DNA of 64,000 nucleotides from Podarcis gaigeae (Eukaryota), in NCBI GenBank assembly GCA_964106915.2, contig OZ066926.1. One strand, written 5' to 3'. Below the pieces are notes generated by a model that saw only the letters and a program-made list of their open reading frames with translations, ran no database searches and was not told where the DNA came from. The translations under genes were made by a program, and so were the position numbers. This document shows positions 47,919 through 61,149 of the stretch, in pieces; within the stretch, counting starts at the first letter, position 1; each line of letters opens with the position of its first letter.

Positions 47919-48242
47919 ATGGACTGCAAAAAGATCAAACCTATCCATTCTGAAGGAAATCAACTGTGAGTGCTCAGTGGAAGGACAGATCCTGAAGCTG
48001 AGGCTCAAATACTTTGGCCACCTCATGAGAAGAGAAGACACTCTGGAAAAAAACTCTGATGTTGGGTAAGACTGAGGACACAAGCAGAAGGGCACGACAG
48101 GGCGAGATGGTTGGACAGTGTTCTCGAAGCAACCAACATGAATCTGACGAAACTCCCGGAGGCAGTGGAAGACTGGTATGCCTGGTGTGCTCTGGTCCAT
48201 GGGGTTACGAAGAGTCAGACAAGACTAATTGACTAAACAACG
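47919..48242 (+). mobile_element. BovB (RTE) LINE, 5'-truncated 3' end
   Basis: tggactgcaaaaagatcaaacc..ctgaagctgaggctcaaatactttggccacctcatgagaagag..ggtccatggggttacgaagagtcagaca, the characteristic BovB terminus; 10-bp TSD AAGAACAGCC at 47909..47918 / 48243..48252. Confidence 0.88.
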
Positions 48243-48281
48243 AAGAACAGCCTGAGGCTCAAATACCAAGCAGAGTTGCAG

Positions 48282-48287
48282 TTTATT
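48282..48287 (-). terminator. Probable ATXN7L3 polyadenylation signal (implies 3'UTR of about 3.2 kb)
   Basis: Minus strand TGTAAATAAAC at the end of a long stretch (48290-51526) with no recognisable interspersed repeats. Confidence 0.55.
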
Positions 48288-51200
48288 TACACAGGCATTC
48301 CACAATCCATGGATGGGCAGGAAAAAAAATACAGATTTGACAGGGTTGTTTTGTTTTTTTAAAAAAAATCTAGCTACCTACCTGTACAAGCTGAGATTAC
48401 ATACACAAAACAAGTTTTAAAAAATAATTCAGAGACCACAGTACAGTACTTACTCCAATGATTTCTGCACATGTTCAAAGATATCACAGAGGTGCAGTTT
48501 GTACATCATCAACAAATTAAAAACCTCTCAACAGTCCACTCATGATAGAATACACGGGTTTGTTTTTTCTTCTTCAAGTGAAACAGGCCTACCTTAAAAA
48601 AATTAAAGGGTGCAAGTGCAGATACAGAGCCATATATAAAAAGACCTAGGTCTTCCCCCACCCTACCCCTCCCTCAATTAATGTTCAAAATTCCCCGGAT
48701 GCTACACTTCCTAGGTTATCTGCAACATGATCCCAAAGGGTTCAGCTGCAACCATGGAGGCTGAGCAGGGTTCTTCCTTTTCCCTCAATCTGGCCACTTT
48801 TGCGCCGCTTCAGTTTTACAGGTACATAATTTTAATGGGGTAGCAACTGGTTGCCAGGCATAGAGAAGGTAACTGATCCTGGTTTGAATAAAAGTCTACC
48901 TCTTCTTCTTCCTTACTATTTCTCTCTGGAAAGATATGATCCGGTTCAGCTAGTTAAGTCAGAAGCGGGTGCAAGGCTGATCATTGCCTGCATAGCACAG
49001 GCTGTCAAGTCATGTTTTCAAAAACATTTGCTAAAGCACAACATGAAGCATTGGTTTCTAATGATGGGGGAGTACAGACTGCCATAGAAGAAAACAGGTG
49101 ACCTTAAAAATAAAAAAAAGGTTGGTTGTGGTCCAGGATCCATCCCTTCAAGACAAAAGAACTGTACAATTCAGCTGGTAGAGCTCCAAGTCATGTTATT
49201 TATCTTTAAATAACATGGAGTTCTTGCTCCATGTGGGGCAAAAGCTTGCCTCGTCCTCTGAACAGTTCCTGCATACCTAGTACCTTTTGCCTAGGGAAGC
49301 AAAGTGAAGAGGAGCAAGGGGTGGGGAAAGAGAGAAAACTATAAAATGATTTTAACTTGCTGAGTAGGCTACCTCTACTTCCAGACATGCTGAACATCAT
49401 CAGTCACACACTCCCGTTCAGTGACTGCAGATTCAGCATCTATGCTGCAATGTAGGGAAACACGGCTGCCACAATTTGGGCCCTCACAGGCAGGAAAAGT
49501 GTGAGAAACTAAGGACGAAGCAGGAAGACATAAGGCTCTTCGGAGACCCTCCAAACAGCTGAACATGCAAAGAGTTTTCTGTTTCGGGACTGTAGTAAGT
49601 GATTGCTACGAGAAGCCTCTCCTTACAGAACTGAGCCCATGAATTTTAGCCGTGGCAAAGGCGGACTTTCATCTGCGACCCAACTGGCTTTTTTCAGCTG
49701 CTATGAGAATGGAGGAAAAGGTTCGAAAGGCTCAGTCCTGAAAAACCAGCATCAGCAGCAGACATCACTGTGCTGAAGCAGGCATGTGCGTAGCTGCAAC
49801 AGAACAGATTTATGGGAGGAAAATCTTAGTCTCTCCATACACCCCCCCCCCCAAACACACACATATTTGCATTCTCTGGAATAGAGGAAAGGGAAGAAGA
49901 ATACACGAGAAATTCCCTTTAAGTATGTTCAGAAGCTGGGGGTGGCGGGGCTGGGCTTGCACAAAGCTTATTAAGTCTTGTCAAAATTCCGGAAAAGAGA
50001 AGCACAGAGACACAATGAAAACCAGCAACACTCCACCTTCCAGAGTCAACTTTGCAATTTCAAGTTTCCATCTAGGACCACCATGATTTCTGGCGTTTTA
50101 AAAACTGCACCTGCTTACAGAAGGAATAGAATTCAGGCCAGGATTGAGGTGGAAGGGAGGTTTATATAGATGGGGAGAGAGCGGTGGAAGTACTCACTTA
50201 AGAGTATACATCCTCCCTCCCATCTCTTCTGCTGCCCCACCCAGGCACACTTAGATTGGCTCTAATACTCCAGCAAGGTTTTGTTTAGATTCATCGACCA
50301 ACACAGGCCACAGTAGGGAAGGCAGCACTGCCCCTACTGTGCTTGACCTTCATTAACATCTTCTGGGGGATGTTAAACAGCAGAGCCATTTTTTTAATTA
50401 AAAAAAGCAACAACCAACTATTCTAATTTGCAGCCAATTTTTAGGGCTGTACAGAGATTCATACCTGCATACGGAGTATGTATAAAGCATTGCAAATCTT
50501 ATGGTATTGGCTCACCAGGGTTGGGCAAAACCTAGGTTTGTGCCCAGTATAGGAAGAGTTCGGAAGCAAACAGCTGCACCAGCTTCCTGACATGCATCGC
50601 CGGGAGAGACTGCCCACATCATCAAAGCCATTCATCATGTTGCTTCATACACAGTCTTGGAAATGCCATTTGGCAGGGAAGCAGACACCGTTTGGCAGTA
50701 GTGACAGCAGCAACACAAGACCAAACCTCTCTTTGGCCTCCATCCCAGTTTGCTCAGGTTGTGTAGACGTCTGAGGACTGCTCTCTGCAGCAAGAGCATT
50801 ATTCCTGCCTGGGAGGGCAAGAGGGATACAGCAGCCACGGAGACAGCCTTTTGAACAACGGAGCGCCGCCGCAGCAGCTCAGAGGCAGGTTCACGATCTG
50901 GTGCCCCCTTCGCACGACGGAAAGGAGGCTCCGTTTTGGAGCAGAGGCTCTCGAGAAGGGAGGGCAGGCACTGAAGCGCAACAGACATTCTCCATTCCCC
51001 CCCAGAGACCCTTTAATTCTCTTGCAAACCAGGCCAAAAAGGCTGCAGGCCGACACACACCACCCCGCCCAGTCAGTCTCCAGGGTTGCGAAGCGATACA
51101 ATGCCACCGTATATATAGTCATGATTGAACATCCACTAACATCACAATAAATAGACGTGTTGAAACGGGGATGGGGGTGGGGTGGGGGAGGAAAGAGAAT

Positions 51201-51526
51201 AGCGACTCCCTGGCTGACGGAGTCACTCATCTTCAAGGCCCCGCCTCAAAACACCACCCCCCGCTTTTCCCCGGAAGAGGTGGGTGCCCACTGCACCAAA
51301 AGCAGTCCGGTCCTTTCGTTCTCACATCCAGTGGACACAAAGGGCTGTGCAATGTGTGCTGGAGGCTTGGGAGGAAAAGGGAGACATGCAGCCAACTCTC
51401 TTCACAGTTCATAAAAAGGTGTGCCTGAGAGGAGACAGTCCTGCTCCTTTCCCGCGAACTGGGTCGGACGGGGTTCCGGGGCATCTCCCCTCCTCCCTCT
51501 TTTCTTTATCCTCATCCCAGCATTAT

Positions 51527-54500
51527 TCAATTGATGTCATCATAAAGGCTGGGGGTGGGAGGTGCAAGCTGCTTTGGCTTGAGTTTCTTCTTGCTGGAGC
51601 TCATTCCTGGAGCACCTCCTACCAGGCTCATGTGCGGTTTCTTCTTTTTGGTTTTCCGGGACTCTGAGTTGTTTGTACCTGAGGTGGAGAAGAAGGCAAG
51701 TGCCCGTTAAGCCTCTGGTATGTTTCATAGACACTTTCCTCTGTTGACAACACTTTGTACAGTGGTACCTCGAGTTACATACGCTTCAGGTTACAGACTC
51801 CGCTAACCCAGAAATAGTACCTTGGGTTAAGAACTTTGCTTCAGGATGAGAACAGAAATCACACAGCAGCAGCACCGCAGCAGTGGGAGGTCCCATTAGC
51901 TAAAGTGGTGCTTCAGGTTAAGAACAGTTTCAGGTTACGAACGGACCTCCAGAACGAATTAAGTTCTTTACCCAAGGTACCACTGTATCTTTCTGATCAA
52001 TCACTTTTGGACTGAATGCATCAGCCACTTCATTCATACCCATGACAGCCTGTTCACGCATGCAAAACAAACACGAGGAAGCGGGCATGTGAGAATTGTC
52101 CCAATACCATTCAACACTTAAATGACTCTCAGCCAAACATATCAACTGCATGAATTTAGAACTATTGGGACCAAGAAGTGACATGCGCATCGCTGCTCAG
52201 TGTTATCACCATGTGACAAGTTGGCATGTATCTCTGTCTTTCAGAGTTCTTAGTCGCCTAAATGCTTCCTCCGTTCTACACCAAGATCCAGCTATTTTAT
52301 GACTGCTTCTTTTGTCTTCCTCTCACTGCTGCCATGCTGTGCCCAACACCTGGAACAGTGGGTTTCTAGTCTTCTATACTCAGGGGATCCTTCCCACATT
52401 GATTTTATCTGCCAAGGAGTTTCTTGGCATGCCAGAGGATTCTGAAAGGAATTCTCCACTCTCAGGGGGTGCTAAGCAATGTCTTCTGGGCCCAGTCACC
52501 AAACAAGACTGTGCACTGCAATACATTATCAAAGGACAAAGCTGTCTTTCAAGGAATCCTGCCCACCATTGTTCGTCTCCATGCCATGGACCCTCCAGGT
52601 TCCTGGAAGACTCCCTCCAATCCCTCAAGATTTCCAGCCAGCATTTGTGGCCATAAAGCAGTGCTGGAGAACAACCCCCCCCCCAAAAAAAATATATGGA
52701 GGTCCATATGATTTCTCACCCTAGTCTTACAGACTAAAAAGTACATAGCATATGCAATGCCTGGCCAAAAATAATAAATAAATAAATCTGGGTGTGGATG
52801 GGAATGGATGACAGGATAAAGCGGAATGCTGCGGATATTGTTTCAGTATCCTTGCCCCTTCCCAATGTCAAGCACAATATATTATGCAAAGTAAGAAGTT
52901 CACACCATTACAGTGGTACCTTGGGTTACAAACACCTTGGGTTACAAACTCCGCTAACCCGGAAGTAGTACCTTGGCTTAAGAACTTTGCCCCAGGATGA
53001 GAACAGAAATCATGTGGCAGCTGCGGGAGGCCCCATTTGCAAAAGCGTGCCTCAGGTTAAGAACGGTTTCAGGTTAAGAACGGACCTCCGGAACGAATTA
53101 AGTTCGTAACCCGATATACCACCGTAAAAGATTCTTGGGGAAGATTGTTTTAGAAAAGGCACAAAGAACATGCTGTCCCAGCACTAATGGCAGCCCAGTC
53201 CATCACCAACTTATGCCGTGCTCTAACTAGGCACCCCGTCCGATTCTTACTTGCTTTCGATGAAGCCGAGTCAGAAGGCGAGATATCTGAAGATCCGTCC
53301 CACTGCAGTCTATTCATGAGGGCTTGACTTTCCGCCACGTCAAAACTGTCGTTTTCCACACTTCCTTCTGCCTCGGGAAGTGAGCTAGGAAAAGGGGCAG
53401 ATGTATGAGAAGGGGTGAAGGAGCAAGATGACCCCCCTACAGCAGCTGCTGCTGCTTCTGCAGCTTCTCGGCTGAGGTTTTAAAGCCACGTCGAGAGTAA
53501 AAAGGAAACAAGGCAGTGTCACAAAGCAAAACACTCCACTCCTCCTCCTTGCCTTCACATCCAACTGCTTTTTCCAGAGAAAGGATTCTGCAAAACCTTT
53601 GCAAAACATTCACTTTGCAGATGAGATAACTCCCAACGTTAGCATTCCATGCCCCCTAATTATTGGCTGCAGACAGAAGTAATGCATCATTATGGGTGTG
53701 ACTTTAGGGAGATAGCTACCTTAGATGGCTTTGCTTCTTTTTTTTAAGGATTAGAATGAATTCATTGATAATTGATCTTATAGATGGCTTTTAACCCTTA
53801 TAGCCAAATGGAACCTCCGTGTGTAAAAGCAGTAAAGGTAAAGGGACCCCTGACCATTAGGTCCAGTCGTGGCTGACTCTGGGGTTGCGGCGCTCATCTC
53901 GCTTTATTGGCCGAGGGAGCCGGCGTACAGCTTCCGGGTGATGTAGCCAGCATGACTAAGCAGCTTCTGGCAAACCAGAGCAGCGCACGGAAACGGCGTT
54001 TACCTTCCCGCTGGAATGGTACCTATTTATCTACTTGCACTTTGACGTGCTTTCGAACTGCTAGGTTGGCAGGAGCAGGGACCGAGCAACGGGAGCTCAC
54101 CCTGTCGTGGGGGTTCTGATCGGCAAGTCCTAGGCTCTGTGGTTTAACCCACAGTGCCACCCGCGTCCCTGTAAGAGCAGTATATTTTCTGAATACCAGG
54201 TACTATGGGAGTTAATTTTTTTGTCTCCAGGGTCACCTGACTGGAAACAGGACTCCTGGAAACAGACTAGACCAGGCATGGGGAAGCAGTGGACCTCCAG
54301 GTGTTGTTGGACCACCATTTTCACTGTCCCTGACCACGGTCCGTGGTGACGGAGACTGATAGGAGTTGGGAATCTAGTGATATCTAGAGGACCCTGAAGG
54401 TTCCCAATCCTTGAACTAGACCAAAATGGCAAAATCTTCTGATTTACACTTCAAGACTCTTAACAAAGTTGTCATACCAGATTAGAACTGACAGAGGGCT

Positions 54501-57500
54501 GGTCCCTACCATGTCCAACTTTTTACAGGTAAAATGGAGATTTTTAAATTTGCAATAATGATCAAGGACTGGAGGGTCCCCAGTTATTAACTGATACAGA
54601 GTAACGGGGATGTGATCTAATGTTGTGCAGTGCATTAAAACAAAATTGTCTAGATGACTGAGAAAGCAAGTTGTAAGATGTGTGGGCAGCATGGGGTGGA
54701 ATCGCAGAAGCTTGAGTGGATAGAGGCTGAGGATGACTTGCCGATGACTTTCCACTCATGTGCAAACAGAAGGGAAGTTACGCCAGAGAGGCGGAGAGAG
54801 AGCGAGAGAGAGCGAGCATGCATGTTCAGGTGAGTAATGTATGCAGAATCTGGGTGCTCTCAATGCATGCTGCGTATTGAAGCACAGTAGCCAATGAAGG
54901 AGGAGACATGTTTGCGAGATCAGGATAGCTTCCATCCAGGCAGCAAATCCCGGGCAAGACAAAATGAACTCTGCGGTTTCAATGGAACATAAAACACTGC
55001 ACTAAGAAAGGAGACAAAAACTGCCTGCAAGCTTCGCAGGTGCAAAAATATGACCGAAAGAGAGTGTGGGCAGGATGGCCAGGTAAGGTTTCTCCCAGCC
55101 CTGCTGCCTCTCCTTGACCACCTATGCAGAATTATGCTAATCAGCTACAGAAAGATGCTCAATTTATGTCCGTTGAAGAATTCAGCTTTTTTTTTAAAAA
55201 AAAAAGCAAGCACAGTCCTTCTCCAGAGTCCTTCCAGTTGAACTTAAGTGTTAATCACATGACACTTTTTTGGGGGGGGCATTTCCTACACCACACCTGC
55301 CCTGCCTCCATCCCATCACACTTACGCAGAGGGTCCCAGGAGGTAGACTCTGACTGACCTCCGCTGTTCATCCGTGTGTTGGGGGCAGCGCAAAGACCTG
55401 CAGGAAAAACAGGAAAAGTCAGGGATGAGGCACAAACTGAGAAACACAGGTTTTCCTGTTCCTAAATGGATTGCTATTCATTCCAGAAATGGATAAAGCA
55501 CAGTGACTGCCTTGGAATCTTTTCCTTGTGTTCCTGTGGTATTTCGCTTCCAAAACTGTTTCTGTGGGTCTTTTGACTGCAGTAAAGAATGTTTGCGCTA
55601 TTCTGGAAAAGGAGTAACTAAGCCAGTCATATGAAGGGCTCATTTGGGTGCTGAAACATACAACCAGGAGCGTCCTTTAAAAAAAAGATAGGCCCCTTGG
55701 TCCAGTAATAAACCCAGAACTGTGTATTTTGCACAAGAGTTCAAATTCGGGAAGTGGGCATTGATTTCAGTGACTTTCTGGACCTCAGATGTCTTTCATT
55801 AAAAGCAAGTTGGTAGCTCTCATGGCTGCAAAACAAGAGGCTTGCAAGTGTGGGGCAATCTCAGCTGAAGCCTCAGAAGCCAGAGTGAGGATGTTGACCA
55901 GGATTTCTACTCATAAAGACATGGGGCTTCCTCGACCTCTCCACAGGTGTGTGACGGAAGTGGAGAATCTGTGGCCTCCCAGATGTTTTTTCTTCTATAA
56001 ACCCTGACCATTGGTCATGTTGATTGGGCTGATGGGAACTGGAGTCCAACGCCTGGAGGATAATAGGTTTCCCACCAGTGTTATGCAAAAATAAAAAATA
56101 AAGAAAAAGCTGGTGGACAACTCCCAGTCTCTTCACCAGGGTTAAGATATCAGAAGCAGCACACAAGCACCAGGCTTAAATGGATACTAATGAGCCCAAA
56201 TAACCATCAACTGGGACCATAAACAGCAGACCAGCAAGCAGTATGGTGGGCACTTGGCAAGTGAACACATGGCACCCATTGCCATCTGGGGAGGAAGTTA
56301 TCCATCACTCCGACAGGCAGTCAAGCCCAATGCCAACATCCTTCCACAGCCAGTCATAATTCTGGGGAAACTGGGTGGTGGTGGTGGTGGTAACACTGGG
56401 CTTAATTTGCTGGTTACAGAAATCACACAGCAAGTTTTTCAGCAGTTCCTGCACAGCTCCCAGTGATTTGAATGTCCTATGACAACGACTAAGGCAGGTT
56501 TTTAAGCAACTGTTTGCTGGGCCACGTGTGGTGACTTAAACTACTACTACTACTACTACTAATAATAATAATATTTATGCCCCACCCATCTGTCTGGGTT
56601 TCTCCAGCCACTGTGGGCGGCTCCCAACAGAATATTATTATTAATAATAAAGCGCTAAAACATCAAACATTAAAACTTCCCTAAACAGGGCTGCCTTCAG
56701 ATATCTTCTAAAAGTGAGATAATTGTTTATTTCCTTGACATCTGATGAGAGGGCATTCCATAGGGCGGGTGCCACTACCGAGAAGGCCCTCTGCCTAGTT
56801 CCCTGTAACCTCACTTCTCGTAGTGAGGGAACCACCATAAGGCCCTCAGAGCTGGAACTCAGGGTCCAGGTTGAACGATGTGGGTGGTGACGCTCCTTTG
56901 GGTATACTGGCCCGAGGCCGTTTAGGGTTTTAAAGGTCGGTACCAACACTTTGAATTGTGCTCAGAAATGTACTGGGAGCCAATGTAGGTCTTTCAGGAC
57001 CGGTGTTATATGGTCTCGGCGGCCGCCCCCAGTCTCTCCCAAGCAAGCAGGCAAAGAAACTTCCGCAAACTCATTAAGAGCTAGTTCCCTTTTAAGTTAC
57101 TGATAAATGACCAGCAAAACAAGGTGTGTTGTGACAGGCAAACCAGCAACAGCGAGTTGCAAGGGTAGATTGAAGAGTCGGGAAGATTTCCACTTCCACC
57201 TTCAGCCTGTGCAGGCAGTTTGCGAGCTAATCCAACGGGAAATACACTCTCCCCCCCCCCACCCGGCTTTCAGGACGTGTTTTGGCCTGAGCGTAAATTC
57301 TGAGTCAACGGCAGCGAACGGATCATGGTGTGGGTGTTCTTTCAGATCCATTGCAGTTAGCCTGGACTTCCACCCAGCCACCCCAAGCAGGCAGTCTTGT
57401 GAATACCTCCCACTTTCCTTGTGACCTGGGAACGGTTGCACCGGCAGAGGAACGGAAAGAGGTTATGGGGCTCAAGAAAGTAGAAGGAAGGGCTGCTCTC

Positions 57501-60500
57501 ACCGTGTACACATCTTCTTGGTGTGCTCAGATATCACCCCACATTGCTACGGAGAAGGAAATATATGGCGTCAACAAATTAAAAGCGTGCAGGAGCGAAC
57601 AAATCAAAGACCACCGAGTATGACAGAAGTGGGCTGGCCCCTTTCAGCCAAGCATGATACCACTAATGCTCTAACTGTATGGTGTAATAGAACTGGGGAA
57701 TAAGGAATTTATTAGCTGTTCCCTGCAAACCAAACGTGCCCACCTCTCAGAGGAGGCTACCTGTTTCATCTCTGCTTATGTTGTCCCTCTGGCCTTTCCT
57801 AATCAAGGTGGCACTCAAAACAGTGTCTCACGCAAATGTATTGGGGGGCGGGAAGGGAGCTCTGATGGAAGGCGATTCTTACTTTTACACATTTTGGAAA
57901 GTAAATGGGGGGAGGGGGGTTGTAAGAATAATTTTTGCCACCAGAAATTGAGGAGCAACACCCTAAATGCAGGTAGAGTTCTCAGAAATGCCATGAGGAT
58001 TGCCAGGATAAAGACAAAAGTTACAGTGGCTCCAAGAGGGGCTTAAGGAGGAGGATGGAAAGTTATCAGGAATGTGGAGGCAGGTGAGCCAATATGGCCT
58101 ACCTGGGAGCAAGGGAGGTGGTATGGGAGGCTCAAGGAAGCTATGAACAACCCTACTTGGGAGGTGGAGAAGACAGACGCGGAGGAACGTTCCCACTCAG
58201 AGTAGGGGAAAGGTAAGAGAGTAAAGCCATGATCCCTGGCAAGCTCAATACCACTCCATGGGGTAAAAACAAGGAAACCTGAGAGGCCTCACACCAAGGC
58301 CTAGGCAGCAGCTGACAGAGTGCATCAATATATATTCCTGCGCACACAGCTTTCTTTCACACCTCCATCAGCCACTGTCATCTCCACGCTGCTAGTCAAG
58401 GCCTTTGCAGCAACCTTCGCAGACTTTTAAGAGTTGGAAGGGACCCTGAGGATCATCTAGTCCAACCCCCTGCAATGCAGGAATATGCACTGTCCCATAC
58501 GGGGACTGAACCTGCAACCTGCTTATCAGCCCCGTGCTCTAAACCTACTGAACTATCCAGGCTGACCTTGTGCTTCAAAACCTAACCCTACAGAGCCTTG
58601 CCTGTCCCGCCTCCTCTGCTGTTCCCTGTTCCACACACCCCAACAAACAAGTCAGCTGGGGCTAAATAAATATTAAAGGTAGTATTTCGTTGCAAATAGC
58701 TAATCTATCTGCTGAACACACCGTGGTACTTGGCTAAGAGATGTCACGGGCCCTCCAGCTATCATTGACTTGTATGCTGTCATTTCACAGAAGAGGTTCT
58801 GGTAGGAAGCCATAGTAAACAAGTCATTTTATTGCAGTCAACGGCCAATAGCAATGAAGTCATAGTTAAGAGGCAACCCTTGCAGCTGATGGTGGACGAG
58901 AGGAAGAGGCAGAAGGAAACTCTGGTACTCACCGTAGTGAGCAAAGTACGGAGCTCCTCAGGGCCCAGCGTTTCATAGTTGATTCCAGCAGAGTTGTTAT
59001 ACTATTGGAACAGAATACACACAGAGCAAGGCACTTTAGAGGTTACGCAAATGAGAGTGATTGCTTTTGGGGCCCAATTCTCCAAGGGCATTCTCTATTC
59101 ACAGTGGCTCCCATACTGCGGCCCTTGAAAGTCCAACCCAGTGGACAGCTACGCAGAACAGCTCTATGGTCTCCTGAAGTCCTCTGAAGCAGGACACGAG
59201 AAGTTGAGAGCTACAGGGACAAGCTAAACTCACCTTAAATGGGTCCGAGTTACCACTCAGTTCCCCTAGGGAAGGGGGAAAAGAAAAAGAAAAAAATAGG
59301 GCACATATTAATAGTGATGGCCTCCACCTTAGGAAATGCACAAAACAAGCATGCTACAGAACTTGGGATGCAAACCCATGAATTTCATTTGTATATTTCA
59401 GGCATGTCCAACTCCCATGAGACTGTGGTCTACTCCCACTATAAAAAAAACTGGCAGTAAACTACCCATTGGATTGACCAAACTTGTTGAGCTTTTTTGG
59501 GGAGCCTTCAGCAACGTTGTTGACCAGTTGGACATGCCTAGTATATTTTATCTTTGTATAGTAACACACACACACAAACACAATGTAATATGCATCCAGC
59601 ACAGTTGAAAAGCTCACTTTGCTCCAAGGGTGCAGAAACTATCAACCGCCAGGTGCTGCTGGTCTACAGTTCTCAACATAACTGACCATTGGCCATGCGA
59701 GCTGTGGCTGGTGGGTGTCAGAGTACAGTGACATCTGGAAGGCCATAAAGCCCCACTGCCCATTTTACTCTCCCAGCAGCACTGAGGGCTTACTAGGAAG
59801 GAACGCATGGGCAAGTGATGAGTAGAGGGATAGGCTGATTGTCATAGGATCATAGAGTTGGAAGGGACTGCAGGGTCACCCAGTCCAACTCCCTGCAACA
59901 CAGGAATATTTCACCCAATGTAAGGCTCGAACTCATGACCCTAAGATTAGGAGTCTCATGTTCTACCAAATAAGCTATCATGCAGCTCCGAGCAGGTTCC
60001 CCATTCTGCACTGTGGTCTGAGCTGTCTTGCATAACGCCAGTTCCCAAGTATTTTTGCAACACTCTCTTTCCATTGGCTCCATCTGCATCTGCAAAGAAC
60101 TGCTACACACACAAACACCATCCCAGATAGCCACATATGTGGTGTATTAGGCCCCATTTGAAACTTCCAATTTTTTTTTTTGTGTGTGTGTGTGTGGTTT
60201 TTAAAAAACCTTCTCTCCCTACCTCCCAATTTAAAGGCCATCCATACGCCGCCTTTCCCTGTCAACCCCAACCTACAGTGGTACCTCATAAGACGAATGC
60301 CTCGTAAGACGAAAAACTCACAAGACGAAAGAGTTTTTCGTTTTTTGAGTTGCTTCGCAAGACTAATTTCCCTATGGGCTTGCTTCGCAAGACGAAAACA
60401 TCTTGCGAGTTTGTTTCCTTTTTCTTAAAACCGTTAATACCCAGGGAATCCGTGCTTCGCAAGATGAAAAAACTCGTAGAACGGAAAAACTCGCAGAACG

Positions 60501-61105
60501 AATTAATTTCGTCTTGCGAGGTACCACTGTACTCGGATGCCAGATTTTAATTAACACAGAGAAGTATGCTTAAGGAGCCCAGGAAATGCTTCTATAGTGT
60601 GTAAGGAGGGAATGAGCGAAGAGAACCGACACACATAATGCACTCACCATTTTTATGTTTCAGGGACTTGGATCGTCGGGGTGAGTTGGGATTCTGAAAC
60701 AAAAGGGGAAGAGCAGCAAAGGGTCATTTAAAAAAAACAAAAAACCTTACTGCTAACCTTGAAAAGTGACATCAGAGGGGACTATGGAACTTTGCTTCAA
60801 TATACGATTACAGCTCCGAGACTTTTATATGAAGATGGAAGGACCCATTATTACCAGCAACGAAAGAATGACTGTTAAAACTAACAGACTTAGTGGAGAT
60901 GGTGAAACGGACATGTTTAATCAGGGAAAAGTCGTTGCTAACATTTGTTAAAAGATTGGAAAACTCCCGTTGGATTTGAGGATTGAAGATAATATTTGTG
61001 TATGGAAAGTGGCTTTGCTGGGTATTATATTGGAGTGGGTGAAGTGAATGTTGTTTATATATAGCCGAGAGATGAAGAATCAGAAGTCCCTTACCTTCTG
61101 AATTT

Positions 61106-61149
<44 letters not shown>

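Noticed and set aside
50635-51484. Several ORFs in a GC-richer segment
   Set aside because: Lies in the probable ATXN7L3 3'UTR; no coding signature or domain recognised.
59915-59983. Possible tRNA-Lys gene (also tRNA-like sequence at 58490-58563, 19657 and 39942)
   Set aside because: Stems and anticodon regions are mutated and each is fused to a LINE-derived tail or SINE body, so they are SINE heads.
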